A stretch of 64,000 nt of DNA. Origin: the human T2T-CHM13v2.0 reference genome, Homo sapiens. How positions within the stretch are numbered: the stretch's first letter is position 1; each line of letters starts with the position of its first letter. Below are positions 12,501-26,389 of this stretch, in pieces. The translations under genes were made by a program, and so were the position numbers. The stretch lies in NCBI RefSeq assembly GCF_009914755.1, contig NC_060938.1, one strand, 5' to 3'. The notes under the pieces were generated by a model that saw only the letters and a program-made list of their open reading frames with translations, did no database searches and was not told where the DNA came from.

Positions 12501-14149
12501 AGCTCAACATGCCTATCTTCAATTCTGCTTAATCTAATGAGCTCCAGTGAGCAGAAAAAACATTCACATATTTCTTCCCCATTGAGTGGTGTTTCACAGT
12601 AGGTCGTAACTGATCGAAACACCTCGGAGGCCTCGGAAGAGCCATGGGTGTTGTTTTCCCTTCCTTTGGGTTGCTGCTTTTAGCAAAGACATGACTCTCA
12701 TTCCCAGAGCTATTCAGAGCAGGTGACCCAGACAAACCTTCTTGGAAAGAGGAGACACTAGTTCATTCCCAGGCCTGGTTCAGCCACAGACTCTATGCAC
12801 TCAGGGCCTAGATGAACAAGGACATGGGGATATGGGTTCCAGAGCTGCCCAGATCAGAAACCACCCCTGAAGATGCCCCTGAGCCACCACCTTCCCTCGC
12901 CCAGGCAGCAAGGCCTGCCTGCTGGGATGCATGGGTCAAAGACACCATGTGAACGGCGAGATGAGAGACTTCACACTGGCCGGCTCTGGTCACCAAGGGG
13001 TTGCAGAGGAGACAGAAGGACAGGCTGAGACCAAGGAGTACAGGTGGTCCTATTGTGACTGTAGAGGCTATAGTGGTGGAAGATCAGAGCCAGTGAGGTG
13101 GACACTGACCCAGAATCCAGGTCTGTACATCTGGTTTGGGAGGGAAAACCTGCCCTCTAATGACAGGGTGAGGCCTGTGTGAGTCTGAGGGCCATGCCTC
13201 CCTGCCTGCCCCAGACACTCTCTGCTCCAGGGTAAATTTCCACGGGAGACATGCAGGAAGAGGCCAGGGTAGGGATGCCCACTGAGCGACACGGGCAGCA
13301 CTGGGGATGCCTGAGTTCAGACAGTGCCAGAGGCCAGTAGGCCATGGGCAGAGGGTAGCCACAGGTGGGCTGCCGGCCAGCCAGGCGCTACAACTGGGTT
13401 GGGAGTTGCCTGTCCTGCCTGGGGAAAAGAGCCCCGGAGGAGGTGCACGTCTGCGGAGAGCAGTGAAGGATATAGGCATGGGAGGGAGCAGCCCCCTTCA
13501 CGTGCCCATTAAGGGACCTCAGCCTAGACTTGAGGCTGCCCCGACTGCCTGTAGTTAAGATTCAGGTCCCATGGATTTGTGCCTGGTGTTCATCAGGGGC
13601 TAGAAGGATGAAGGAGATTGTCCAGCCTGGGAAGATTATTGTTATAAGTTAATGGGCCTAAGGCACTGGTCGGAGGCTGAGGGGTGGCCTGAATATTTTT
13701 TACATTATTGCCATGTGTAGGGGTGAGAGGGGAGCTAGGAATTTCTGGTCCTCATCCTCACTCTTTGGATCTCCCAGATGGAAGAAACATGTTAGTGACC
13801 ATGCCACACCCTAACTCCAAGAGCTCTGGTCTGATGGGAACACAGAACACAGAGATACAAGTCACACTAGGTAAGGGCCAAGGTAGAGGTAACTCTGGGA
13901 GGTGAGAACACACAAGAGGCACCTGATCCTAGCTGGGGTGCTCTGGACTGTGTCATAGATGGGGCACTCTTAAGCTGGGTTTTGAAGGATAAGTAGGTGT
14001 TCTCTAGGAGAAAACTGAGAGCAAGAGAAGTATATCAAGGATTTTGCATCCTGGAGAAAGTGAGTGAACAATCTAATGCCTCCAGAAATTGTATATGTGA
14101 CTTTGGGCTTCTGGTTCTTTAATTGCAAAATGGGAATAACCTATTTCTA

Positions 14150-14335
14150 AAGCAGTTGTTTCCATCCTGGGAGTGCATTACAATCATCCAGGAGCTTTAG
14201 AAATACCTATTTTCAGAACATTCCTCTAGAGATTTTGAGTTAGTTGATGCAGGATAAATCCTGGGTGAGGGTGCCTTTAAGAACTTCTCTCCAGGGGATT
14301 TAATGAGTACTCAAGGTTGAGAATCCCACTCCAAA
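14150..14335. mobile_element. MER5-like hAT MITE
   Basis: cagttgtttccatcctggg...caatcatccaggagctt...aggttgagaatcccact termini. Confidence 0.6.
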
Positions 14336-14389
14336 GCAAGTGATTCCCACCTGATGATTCCCAGGTCTTTTAAAGCATTCAGCCACCAG

Positions 14390-15450
14390 GTATCAAGATG
14401 GCTGTAAAGCCACAGTATTAAGGTATTGGAACAGAGACAGACAAGCTGACCAATGGAACAGACTAGAGAATCCAACAGAGCCACACAGGAAGTCACCTGA
14501 TATGTGACAAGGGCATCGCTACAGTTCAAAGGAAAGGATGATCCTTTCAATGAATGATGAAAACAACAACAACAACAACAAAACACCAGTGGATGTCCAT
14601 ACAGGAAAAATATAAATAGTGACCATTTTACTCAACATACAAAAATTAATTTGAGAAGTCACAGACCTAAATGTGAAAGGTATTAGATTGGACTATATGA
14701 AACTATTGGTCTTTAATATTTTTTAACCTCAAAACCCACAAGAATCAAAATGATAAAGCTTCTAGAAGAAAATATATTAATAGTAGACAATCTTCGTGAC
14801 CATGAGATAGGCAGAAAGTATTAACCATTTTTACAAAATGATAAATGGAACTTCATTAACATTAAGAGCCTTGTTCCTCTAAAATTACCTAGGACAGTAC
14901 AAAGGCAAGTCACAAGCTGGGAGTGGTACGTGTAATGTCTGTGTCTGATAAAAGGCTCATGCCTGTTTTTAAGCACTTCTACAAATCGACTGAAAAAAGA
15001 CAACAACTTAAAAACTAAGCAAAGACATCAACAAATACTTCACAAAAGAAGATATCCAAATGGCCAATAAGCAGCTGAAAAGGTGCTCGACATCATTAAT
15101 CATCAGAAACATGCAAAACAAAACTACAAGAAGAACTCACTACACACCCACTAGAATAGCTCAGATTAAAAGGACCAGCCACACGAGGACGTGGAGCAAG
15201 TGGAACTCTCTTATATTGCGGGTGGGTGTGCAAACCGACACCAACGTGTTGATTGGAAAATTGCTTGGCAGGATCTATAAAAGGTAAACATATGCTTACC
15301 CTTTGACCCATTCATTGTACCTCAGGGTATATGCCCAACAGGAAATGAGTGCTTGTGGGTTTACCAAGACATGTACTGCAATGTCCATAGCAGCTTTATG
15401 TGATAGACCTAAAGTGGAAACAACCCAGATGTCCATTTATAGTAGAGAAG
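14390..15450 (+). mobile_element. Old L1M (ORF2 3' region) fragment
   Basis: gaccaatggaacagactagagaatcc...; ORF 15060-15287 MANKQLKRCSTSLIIRNMQNKTTRR is the L1 ORF2 C-terminal region. Confidence 0.85.
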
Positions 15451-16756
15451 GGAGAGAGAGAAAGAGATTCCTGGCCACCATCCCAGATCATACTTTGCAT
15501 TTCCCTGGGTGTCCCCACTCTTCTTTGGTTTCCACAGGATCCCCAGTTGATGCTTGTGACAGACAGCTATGGGAGCCAGTGACCAAGAGTGTGAAACACT
15601 GCAAAGCCCAAATCCCACTAGAACAAATTATACTGTACCTCCAAGCAATAAGGCAAAGACTGAGTAAATGCAATGTATTTTCAGTCATTGAATTCAACTC
15701 CAATTGGGGAGCTTAATCAATAAATGATTTAAAATTAATAATAATTGATTTTGAAAGAAAATATTTTTAAGCAATCTCCGGTAAGATCCTAGGTTACCCT
15801 AAAAAGCTTCTAGTACAAAATGTTGAAAATCTTTCCACACAAAAATCTAAACAAGTAAGAAATAAAAGGAGAGAAATAGAAAATTTTTTTTAATGGGAAG
15901 CATTCTGTAAATAGTAAAAAATTCAAGATGGCATTTCAGAACATTCGAGAAAAGGTGAACAATTCCATAAATGCTATTAGGAAACAAACAAATCATTTCA
16001 AAAATAAAATTACAAGTGTTGGAATAAAACCTTTTCATAATGTTAGAGTGAAAAAGAACTTCCTAAGTGTGATACACAAGCCAGAAACCATGTAGGAAAA
16101 GATGGCATATATGGATATACCATCTTTTTGCAACGTGTTAAAACTCTACAGAATATGTAAAATTTGGAATCACAAATTGGAACATGTGTACAAGATAGAG
16201 AGCTAATGTTCTTAACAATTAAGAGTTCTTATATATATCAATAAGTAACCACATGTGTTTCTCAATCAGCAAAAAGTAAAAAATTTGGGTAAATATGCAT
16301 TGAAACATTGTGGGTGGGGGCCAGCTTTGATTTTCCTCATCTTATTTTCTTCTTTGTCTTTGTCTCTGCAGAACAGGGTACTTCCATGCACATATTAGTA
16401 GATACGGTTATTCATAGACATTATGTATTTTTCATACCAACTTTGCAAGTTTGGGTGCTGCTAGACCCATTTTTACACATGAGAAATCTGAGTTTCCTAT
16501 AGCTGCACAGTTAGCAGATTCAGGACTCAAAAATCAGGTCTTCTGGTTCTGAATCCCTTTTTCCATGGATAGCTTTCTGGTAGACCATAAATGAAAGCAT
16601 GGCCACAGCATCTTGGCAGCCAGCACAGACCCATGGAACTCTTGGCCAGACTGGTGATCCAGCCCTAGGGCTAGGCATGAGAAGGACGCAGAATGTCTGT
16701 CTATTTGAGTGATCACCTTGGCCGTTGGTTGTCTTCTCTAAGACAGAGAAACAGAC

Positions 16757-16757
<1 letters not shown>

Positions 16758-16807
<50 letters not shown>
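16758..16807. repeat. (AC)25 microsatellite
   Basis: Perfect 50-bp AC run. Confidence 0.98.
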
Positions 16808-16810
<3 letters not shown>

Positions 16811-16828
16811 CCCTTGGACTAACCTCAC

Positions 16829-16960
16829 CTCCCCAGTTTCTCCTTTCCCCTCAGGTCAGTCTTCCTTGGCCTTCCCCAGTTGTTGCTGATCCCAGCCTCC
16901 TAGTCCTTTTTCGGTCCTGGTCCTGCAGCCTTCAGGTTCCAGGTATGTTCCTCTAGGCTC
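16829..16960 (-). other. SERPINA12: Candidate non-coding first exon of SERPINA12 (5' boundary uncertain)
   Basis: Donor GAG|GTGAGG at 16828 follows purine-rich, non-repeat sequence, with a GATAAG element just upstream (~16975-16980). The ATG exon begins with an acceptor, so an upstream UTR exon is required. Assignment is inference. Confidence 0.5.
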
Positions 16961-17830
16961 CCAGCCCCACAAGCCTTATCTACAAACTGGGTGGACTTCT
17001 GCCCAACGACCTACTAAGCCTGCCTCTGCCACCTCCACCCCTTTCCCAGGATCAGCCTGGCCAACTGGCCCTGCCAAGTGTCTCACTCAGAGAGCAATGC
17101 GTCTGGGAGTTCCCTTCCTCACCCCTTGGGAAAGATCAGGCCTACTTTTTCTCTCCCATCCCAAATAGCAAGGGGCACTGTGCTAGGTACACCCAAGGTG
17201 CTCTGTAGATTCACTGATGAGGGCCTGGCTTGCTAGGACCTGAGTGTTTGGCACCCAGTAAACCTCATAAAAGTGAGTGCACCAGAAACCAGAGTGACAC
17301 ACGCCATCCCCTCCCAGCTCCACAGCCCTGATCCCTGTGATCATCTTTGAGCAGAATCTTCCACCCCAGATTCCTTCCCTGGGACAGGACAGGAATGGGT
17401 GTGGGCACCCTGGCACTGCTATAGAATACCAGCCGCCTGGCACAGATGTTCACATGGCCCTCTCTCACCTCCCAGGTGCAGCCTGGGAGCAGGCAGCCCA
17501 TCCATCCAACCCCACCCCACTCCCGAGCTCTGGGACGTCTCAGGGCCTGGGCCTGTGGTCTGGGTACCAGACATAGGTGACTCATAATGCACCTGGTGGC
17601 TGGAGAAGCCATCCCTTCCTCTGGTTCTCAGTGTACTCACCTGTACAATGGGCAATAGGAGACTGCATTGGATCTGTGGTTGCCTGAGAGAGCCAAACTA
17701 TTGGAAGTCATGCTGTCAATCAATTTCACTTAAAATAATATAGACCCAAGTCCGTGCTAAATGTCATTCAAGCCAGATCTAGATGCTGGTAGAAGAGCAG
17801 AACAACAGAGGATATAAAAAAAGAGCATTT

Positions 17831-18577
17831 GCTCAACATTACTAACCATCAGGGAAATGTAAATGAAAACCACAATGAGATACCACCTTACTCTTACAAG
17901 ATGGCCATAATTAAAAAGTAAAAAATAAAAATAAAAAAAATAGATGTTGGCATGAATGTGGTGAAAGGGAACACTTTTACACTGCTGGTGGGAATGTAAA
18001 TTACTACAACCCCTATGGAAAACAGTATGGAGATTCCTTAAGGAACTAAAAGGAGAGCTACCATTTCATCCAGCAATCCCACTACTGGGTATCTACCCAG
18101 AGGAAAAGAAATCATTATATGAAAAAGACACATGCACACACATGTTGCGTAATTTCAAAGATATGGAACCAACCTAAGTGCCCATCAAACAATAAATCCA
18201 TAAAGAAAATGTGGTATATACACACCATGGAATACCACTCAGCCATAAAAAGGAATGAAATAATGTCCTTTACAGCAATTTGGATGGAGGTGGAGGCCAT
18301 TATTCTAACTAAAGTAACTCGGGAATGGAAAACCAAATATTGCATGTTCTTGCCCATAAGTGGGAGCTAAGCTGTGAGCACAGGTATAAGAATGATATAA
18401 TGGACTTTGGGGACTCAGGGAAGAAGGTTGGGAGGGGGTGGTGAGGTATAAAAAACTACATATTGGGTACAGTGTACACTGTTCAGGTGATGGGTGCACT
18501 AAAACTCAGAAATCACCGCTAAATAACTTAATCCAAGTAACCAAAAACCACCTGTACCCCAAAAACTCTTGAAATTT
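17831..18577 (+). mobile_element. 5'-truncated L1PB-type element with TSD
   Basis: ORF2 end (WNQPKCPS...WYIHTMEYHSAIKRNE) plus 3'UTR; TSD AAAAAGAGCATTT ending at 17830 and at 18578-18590. Confidence 0.9.
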
Positions 18578-18718
18578 AAAAAGAGCATTTCAGAAAAATA
18601 TTTATGGAAGGAAAATCGCAAACTGCAAAAAAGCCCATAATTTAATGTTTTTCTGCATTTTCAGGTAGCCCACCAATTTGATTTCAGCAGCATGTGTACT
18701 TCTGTGCACACCTCATGT

Positions 18719-18749
<31 letters not shown>

Positions 18750-19277
18750 CACACACACATTTAATTCTTACAAGTCTGTGAGGGACCATTGTCACACTAT
18801 ACAGATGAGAAAGCTGAGGTTTGGGATAGTGAGTCATCTGTCAAATGTCACACGGTTATTTAATGGATGTGCAGCTTCATAAGAATTTCTTAATATAAAA
18901 GCAGAAAAAAAATATGTGGATACAACTAGTGCAGAAACTTTGGGAGAAATCAAGGAAATTCTGGAACTGTCTGCATGCCTCACATAAGGCTGCGGCTGTT
19001 AAATGCTGGCTCCTGGGATGGCTCACTCTAGTATTTGTCGGGTTGGTTCGTGCAGCCCAGAACAGGAACCGACACCACCTTCAGTTTTCCATCTCTGAGC
19101 CATTCGACTTCTCCTTTGGAAGGTGTCCCACCCACCTCTCTCACCTGCCTTTCCCTCATCCTCCTTTCCTGCTTCCTTCCAAAGAGGCAGAACTTGAGTT
19201 GAAAAGCAGATTGAATGTCTATAATGTACCAGGCAGCAAGCCAGGTGTGGGGGAGAGAGAAATAACACAAGTCCTCA

Positions 19278-19623
<346 letters not shown>

Positions 19624-22600
19624 TCAACACCACTTGCACCCACGAGAGGCAGATATTGAATCAAATCAAGGCCTCCAAACAAAAAAAGCCGCAGCTCCAT
19701 CCCCCACCCACTCACGTGTCCCCTCTCAGGGGGCATTGTGACATTGAGGCGGAGCACAGGTCCTACAGCCACAGCAAGCTGGGCCACCTCACCCAGGTCA
19801 CCTCACTTCTCTGTGCCTCAGTATTTCCATCTGCCCAATGGGACTACTGAAGTACCTGCTTTGTTCATTTCATCAGATTGTTAGCAGTGCTATCAAATGC
19901 AAAGGCCCATGTGGAGAGGATCAATTAAAACTAATTAGTAGTAATCATAGCAATAGTTATAATAGTTGTTAATAAAATAGTAATTAATTACTATTAATGG
20001 GCATTACTAATGATAAACATGATGACAGGGAGCTGATTCTGTTCATCCAAGTCACACTCTGCTCACCATTCTCATCCTCCAGCATCAAGAGTGAGGGTGT
20101 TGTGTGCCTAACACTGCTGGAGCCCAGGAGGACAATTCTTGCCCCTCAAATGAAACATGTGTTATCAAGAATGGATCAGACAGCAAAAATCAAATGTTAA
20201 GGATGGCTGAGATCCTTGAAATTCAGGAGGAATTTGGATGGGTAGTCAGTAGTTACCCAAATAGGGTTATCTGTTCACATCTAACTACTGACTATTTTGT
20301 GTGCTATTATATAGTTAAGGATGGGAAAAGCTCATTTCTGAGCTTTCAGAAATTTGGGAAAACAGAGTGGTTGTCTACTTAAGACCAAGGAAAGGGCCAA
20401 GTCACAGAGAAGACATAGTGAAGAAATACACAAGCCCACACATCTATTCTCCAAGAATGTTCCACACATTCCCCAGTGGGTTCTATTACCAGCTCAAGCC
20501 ACTAGCATAAGAATGAGGAGTGATACCGAGGGTAGCTCTGGAAGCAGCCATCCCACGGCTCACCATGCAGGTGGAAGAAGGGAAGTTTCCCTTCAGTCAT
20601 CCAGGTTTTCAGTTTTCCTTCCAGGATAAGCGAAAGCAGGCTGATAGAAACCAAGTGTGGGCTGGTAAGCAGGTCACCCTTATCTGCAAGGGCATACTCT
20701 GAGTTGCCACGGCTTGTTTGCTGATACCAGACAGTCCTCTTACAGAGAACTGCCTTTATAATCCAAGACAAAATGAAGGACAATTACTTTCAGAGAGAGA
20801 ATACAAAGATGCAAATGGCTGATATCAGATATCTCTAAGCAGTACAAACCAAGAAACAGTAGAGACTCAAGAATCTGAAGCAGAGCGGGAGGACCTGAGA
20901 GCGGGAAAAGACTATAGAGAATTCTATGTAGAGACAGAAAATCTGGATTCAGGCTCCATGGCTGCTGTTTCCCAGCCGTGCAACCCTCCTCAAGTTACTT
21001 CATCTTTCAGGATCTTGATTTCCTCACCCATAAAACTGAGGAAATGTTTGAGAAATCCATTGGGAGGATAAATTAAAGTAGTGACTGTAAAAGGTGTGGT
21101 GTAAACCATAACCGCCCATGCACAGGCTGCTCTGTGACTTCGGAATTTTGCAGGGGTCCCCAAGGGCTGGACCAATGGCTTTCATTTTCCTCCACTCTGG
21201 GATGAATTTTTAAAAAATTACTGGGTGCTCAGCTTGAAATCTGCGGTGTTGGGATGAAAACCTAAACACCATACAACTGCTATTGTCTTCCAGTGGTGTT
21301 TCCAAATGCCAGAATAACCTGACCAGTGGGACTTCAGCCAATCAGCCCCTCTGCATCACTTCCCAAGACCAAAAATGCTTTCCCTCCTTGGATGAACAAC
21401 CTGGAGGTTGCTCCAGTGGCTCCCTGGGGACCTCACAGTCCGAGAAGGGGTATGGGTTTGAGAAGGGCAGCATGGTGCGGGCCTAGACTCCCAAGGCCAC
21501 CCCACATCTCAGCACATCTATGTCTTAACCTACTCACCTGTGAAATTAGGGCAATCATACCTCCCCACTGTCGAGAGGCTGAGATAATTCGTGCAAAGCC
21601 CTGGGACAGTGCCTGGACTGTGCCGCTTAGGTACTCCATGGCGGCTGACTTGTTGTTTTATTATTATCAATCACTATTATTCTTATCCTCATATAACTTT
21701 AATTATTATTTTGTGATGGCACTGATGACAGAGACGGTTGTTTTTGGCAGCAACCCAAAGGGCCACCAGTGTGTCCACACCCACCCCCTCCCAGCCACAG
21801 CTATCTCCCACCTGGCACATGCTGACAGCCTTGGGCATGCCAGGCCAGATGGGACTCGTGTGCTGCAGGCACGTGACAGAGCTGGACGCCACAGCTACTG
21901 GTGGGCACTCTCTGCCAGCCCCTGGTGGCTGTGACTCACCTAGTTATGGCTGGCGGAGGTGGGAGAACAACCTTAGAACTCAATGCAAGAAGTGGGCAAA
22001 CTGAGCAGGGCTGGGGTCGGGTGGGGACCTGGGTGGGCCCTTCGAGGTGGCTCTAAAGGGCTTGCTTTGGGCATTGGGGGTGGGGTGCAATTGGGTCCAT
22101 GTAGGTGTCCGGCAGTTGGGGCCAGATGCTCTCTGAGCCAGTGGGTCTATTCCAGGGACTTGGTCTGGGCCATGTCCCAGATCTAAGGACTCAGAGGAAG
22201 TGCAGGGCCAGGGAATTCTGAGGTGGTGGCAGTTGGTGGCCAGAGGTAGGCAGGTGGTGGGGCTTTGAGTCTGTAGTTATTTGACTCAGGGCTTCTGCAG
22301 CCACTGGTCGGAGTGCAGTTCAGCAGGGGAGAGTGTGGAGGTGGGCAAGGATTAGGCTGGATGTCAAGACAGGATTGCAGCCCAGTGGGAGAACAGGCAA
22401 TGAATCAGGGCCCCGAGGCAGAGGCCAACTTCCACGGACTGAGGAAACCCACGGTGGCCGGAGAAATGGTGCTGTCTGGCCAGAAAAGAAGGCCAAAGCC
22501 ACCAGCCACACACCTGCTGCTGGGCCTGACTCAGTGGCTGAGTTGGACACCTGGGTCAGGGTGTGCTAGGCCTGGAGTGATGGTCCCCAAGGGCCAGCAC

Positions 22601-23135
22601 GGCCACGGTTACCAATGTTGGCCTGAAGGTGACATGCCTGGGGGATCCTGAAACTATGCGACGTGTTTCTGTGGGAGAGGCTGATGATTGGGAATGACAA
22701 GCCATAGACTGAAAGAGAAGCAGAATCACAAGGGGTTGCTGCTTGGTGAGAATTTAAGAGTCAGAGTGTCAGGAAGACCTAGGGCTGTCTGGGTGGTCCG
22801 GGAAGGCTTCCTGGAGAAGGTGGCCATAAAACGGGAGGAACCCGGAGTTTCTACATCACCCTCCCCTGCAAGAGGCAATCAAATTCACCTGTGTCATCCC
22901 CTCCCCCAACCCCCATATCTAGAGGCAGTGAAGGAGCAGGGAGCCACCCACTCAGCATCTCCGTGGACGGGGAGGCCTGCCCTACAGAGCCTCGCTCATG
23001 TTCCCATATCCCAGGGTCTGTGCCTGCACAGACAGCAAATGCTGCTCCACTTGGGCCCTGCTCCAGGAGCTGGGGACGGCAGGGACAGCCAGGTTCTGTG
23101 CTCAAGGAGCTGATACTCAAACGGCCAAAATCCAG

Positions 23136-23226
23136 CAGTGCAGATGCAGGCAAGCAGTGCAGATGCGGGCAAACAGTGCAGATGCGGGCAAACAGTGCAG
23201 ATGCGGGCAAGCAGTGCAGATGTGGG
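23136..23226. repeat. 19-bp minisatellite, about 4.7 copies
   Basis: Unit CAGTGCAGATGCGGGCAA(A/G). Confidence 0.92.
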
Positions 23227-26200
23227 TCATTTCAGGGCAGGGAAATGCTGTGGATTTTGAGTTGAGCAGACCGGGTTTGAACACCAGCTCTGCTCCCAGT
23301 TACCTCATTCCTAGAAAGCTATTGCACCTCCCGAAGACTCTTTTTACTCGTCTGCTGAATTTGGATAAAACCATCCACTTCCTGGGATATTTGGAAAGAA
23401 AAGAGAGGAACCCAGCCCCACAGAGTTTTGCAAGTGGGGAATGTACCAGCCCGCAGCATCCAAGGTGGCGCCGAGAGAGTGGGGTTCAGGGAGGCCTCGG
23501 ATGGGAGCCTTGGCATGATGCCGCCAGAACTTTCCATCTGCCCTTGCCTTTGCTCCAATGTGTGTGCTGGCTCTGTTCTTGCTCTCTCTGCAAGCTGGCT
23601 TCCTCCACATGAGCTGGGCTTCCACCAGGGCAGCAACACTGCAAAGAGTGATATGAGATAGAGGTTACTGCAGGGATTAGGTCTCCCAGTGGTGGGAGCT
23701 GGGGAGAAGTCTGTGGAAGGCTGTCATCCTGGGTCTGGTGGTCAGCCCAGAACCTCTGCAGGTCAGCCAGGTGGGGAGGGAGAAGAAAACCTGGGTATGA
23801 GTTGGGGCAGAATGAGGCCTGGTCAAAGCTTAAAGGACAGACCAGAACCCACATCTGTCACTCCAGCCTGGCTGACACAGTGACTCGAGGAAGAGGCCGG
23901 TGTTCCTCACCTGACCTGAGACCTGGAGAACTGAAGGAGGAGGCCTGGTGAGGGCTGGAAGAGCCCTTGGCACAGATGCTGTTCACAAACACCAGGTGCA
24001 CCAGCAGGTGAAGGGGGGCAGCGCCTAGCACCCCACACCAACCTCAGAGTGTTCCTGCTTAACTTCTGCCTTCCAAACCAGAAATACCTTTCTCTCGTAG
24101 CCAACTCTTACCTGGAACCACAGAGGGTGAGAATTCGTCACTACACTGACACACCTGGCTGGAACTATCACCCCCAACATCTTCCAAAGCTTATACCTTA
24201 CAGTTTCTGTCCCCAAGACCTATTGCCTTTGCACTCTCTGACCCCAGGTCCTAATTCCAAGGCTCAGACCATCCAAACCTGGTTCAGGTGCCCCTGTTTG
24301 GGTCAAACACTTCTGAACACAGGGGTCAGGGTAGAACAGGTGATGAAATGACAGCTCCCACAGGCAGGCACCTAGGGAGGGGCAGTTTCTATAGGAAGGG
24401 CAGGAAGGAAAAACTGCATGTGTCACCGCAGCTATTGCACACACACACATTAAAATAGTAAAATAGGGATACCAAGGGGGAGGAAAAAGCCTCGGGGGAA
24501 AAGCAGTGAACTTGCTGACCATAAATGTGAACGAAACTGCCCTTTGGGGGCACAGCACATGGCTCTCTGCGTCCCAGCAGCCAGGGACCACACGTAGTTC
24601 CACAGCTCTCAGCATAAATGTGTGTGAGTGTCACTTCCTCACTCTATCACAGGCATCAGACAGTGGGACCATGTGTAGCACAGCCTTGCACCCAGGCAGT
24701 GCCTGTCGCAGCAGGAAGCACAGTGGAGGGTTTCAAATGTGTGTTTTGGGGGCTTTTTGCCAGCAGCATCTTCTCGCTACTCACCTCTGTCTCCCAAAGC
24801 AAGCATGGCGGCTTTCCTGGGTTCTTCCCTACAAGAGGTACCTCCTAGATTTCTGGTTAGCTCCCTCTATAACTTCACTCACCTTATTCATTTACAAACG
24901 CGGGTTTGGCACCGACTGTGCACCAGCATGGTGTCTTCCCTGTAGGGCCGATGAGTCAGAGGGAGTGATACTGATCACCATCGTCCCAGTGTGTCTACGG
25001 ATCTGGACGCTTGACACCTGGGGATGCCTGCATCCCATATTTTCCCATATGTTGGGCTGATATTTTTAAAAAACCTCTCCCCACATCCCCAGTACTGGAA
25101 GCTTTTGCTCTTTTTTTCTCCTGGGGATGAGTGATTTCCCAACTTAAGAAGAAGGCCCAGCGCCTGGGACTGTGGGTTCTGTTCTGGAGTAGAGCCTGCT
25201 CGGTTTCAGATGAAGAAACTGGTTTCTTGTGCTGCTGTTTTGCTTCTTGCCATGTTCAGTCCCCTCAGATGCCAGCCAGACATCCGGCAGGGGGCTGGTG
25301 AGGACTCTCTGCCAGGCACCTGGGAGTCTCCCTAATTATCCAGTGATCCTCCCAGCTTGTGACACCTCCAGTCTCCCAGAGATAGTTCAGGCTGAAAGGC
25401 TGCATTGGAATGTGTGGGGAAGAAATGGCCCTTTGAATGTGTTCAAAGCCTCCGTGGCCCCTGGCTGGGGAAAGCCAAGGGCAGTTGTGCTCAGCAAACT
25501 TCCTGGGGAGCCTGTGGTTTTCTCACGGGGAAATGGGAAAATACTGGCAAGAGAGAACTTTGTCATTGTTCCCTGCATTTAAGCAGGAGGGAAAAGAAAA
25601 GAACATGAAAGCATGTCCCTGGCAAGCACATCAAATTAAATGTCAAAAATATCCCAATGCTCATAATTCACCAGCGGCCGATGTCTGAAGTTACAGCTTC
25701 AGGCATTTATCACAGACAGCACTTTGAAAGGGAAAAGTCACAAGTTTTGATGTCAGAGCAGCTTGGCTTTGAATCCTGGCTATATTCCTGATTAGCTGGA
25801 TGTGTCTGGATAGTATGTTTAACCTCTTCACACTTCAGTTTTTTCTGTGAAATGGACTTCGCACACCCCACAGGAGACCACCATGAAGAATGTGAACATC
25901 GAGTTAGGGCTTAGAAGCCTTATTTGCTAATAATACCAAAATGGACATTCTAGGTTTATAGTGAGGGTTAATGAGATTATTTAAACAGATTTTTGTGGTT
26001 TTGTTCTTAACTATATCCCTTGAACCTTGAACCTTGCACATAAAAGGCACTCAATAAATACCTGTTGAATAAATTAACAAATAAACATATGAATGAAGAG
26101 GTGTTATTTCCCTCTCTAAACTCCTTTGCCTGTGACAGAAAATTCAAGTTTGTTAAATAGCAACAGTGAAAAAATGTTGGGATTGTAATGGAACGTCTAC

Positions 26201-26389
26201 CACTCACCTGTTCAGCCTCTCTTACCTTTGCATTAGGGAAGGGCTCATTCTTAGCCTTTTCCACCCCAAACAAGCCCTTCTTGTCTTTACACACTGTGGA
26301 CCTTGGGTTTGTAATACCTGCTTCTTGTCCATCTGGGAAATTCTGACCCAGCTTCAAAGTTTAGTTTACAAGTCACTTTCTCCATGAGG

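Noticed and set aside
11200-12750. Unique-looking sequence with several 60-160 aa ORFs, considered as a serpin pseudogene or hidden exon
   Set aside because: No serpin or other recognisable motif in the translations; a tblastx/PhyloCSF check would be needed to revive it.
23136-23226. CRISPR-like appearance of short direct repeats here and at 1033-1193
   Set aside because: Head-to-tail units without unique spacers in human DNA; these are minisatellites.
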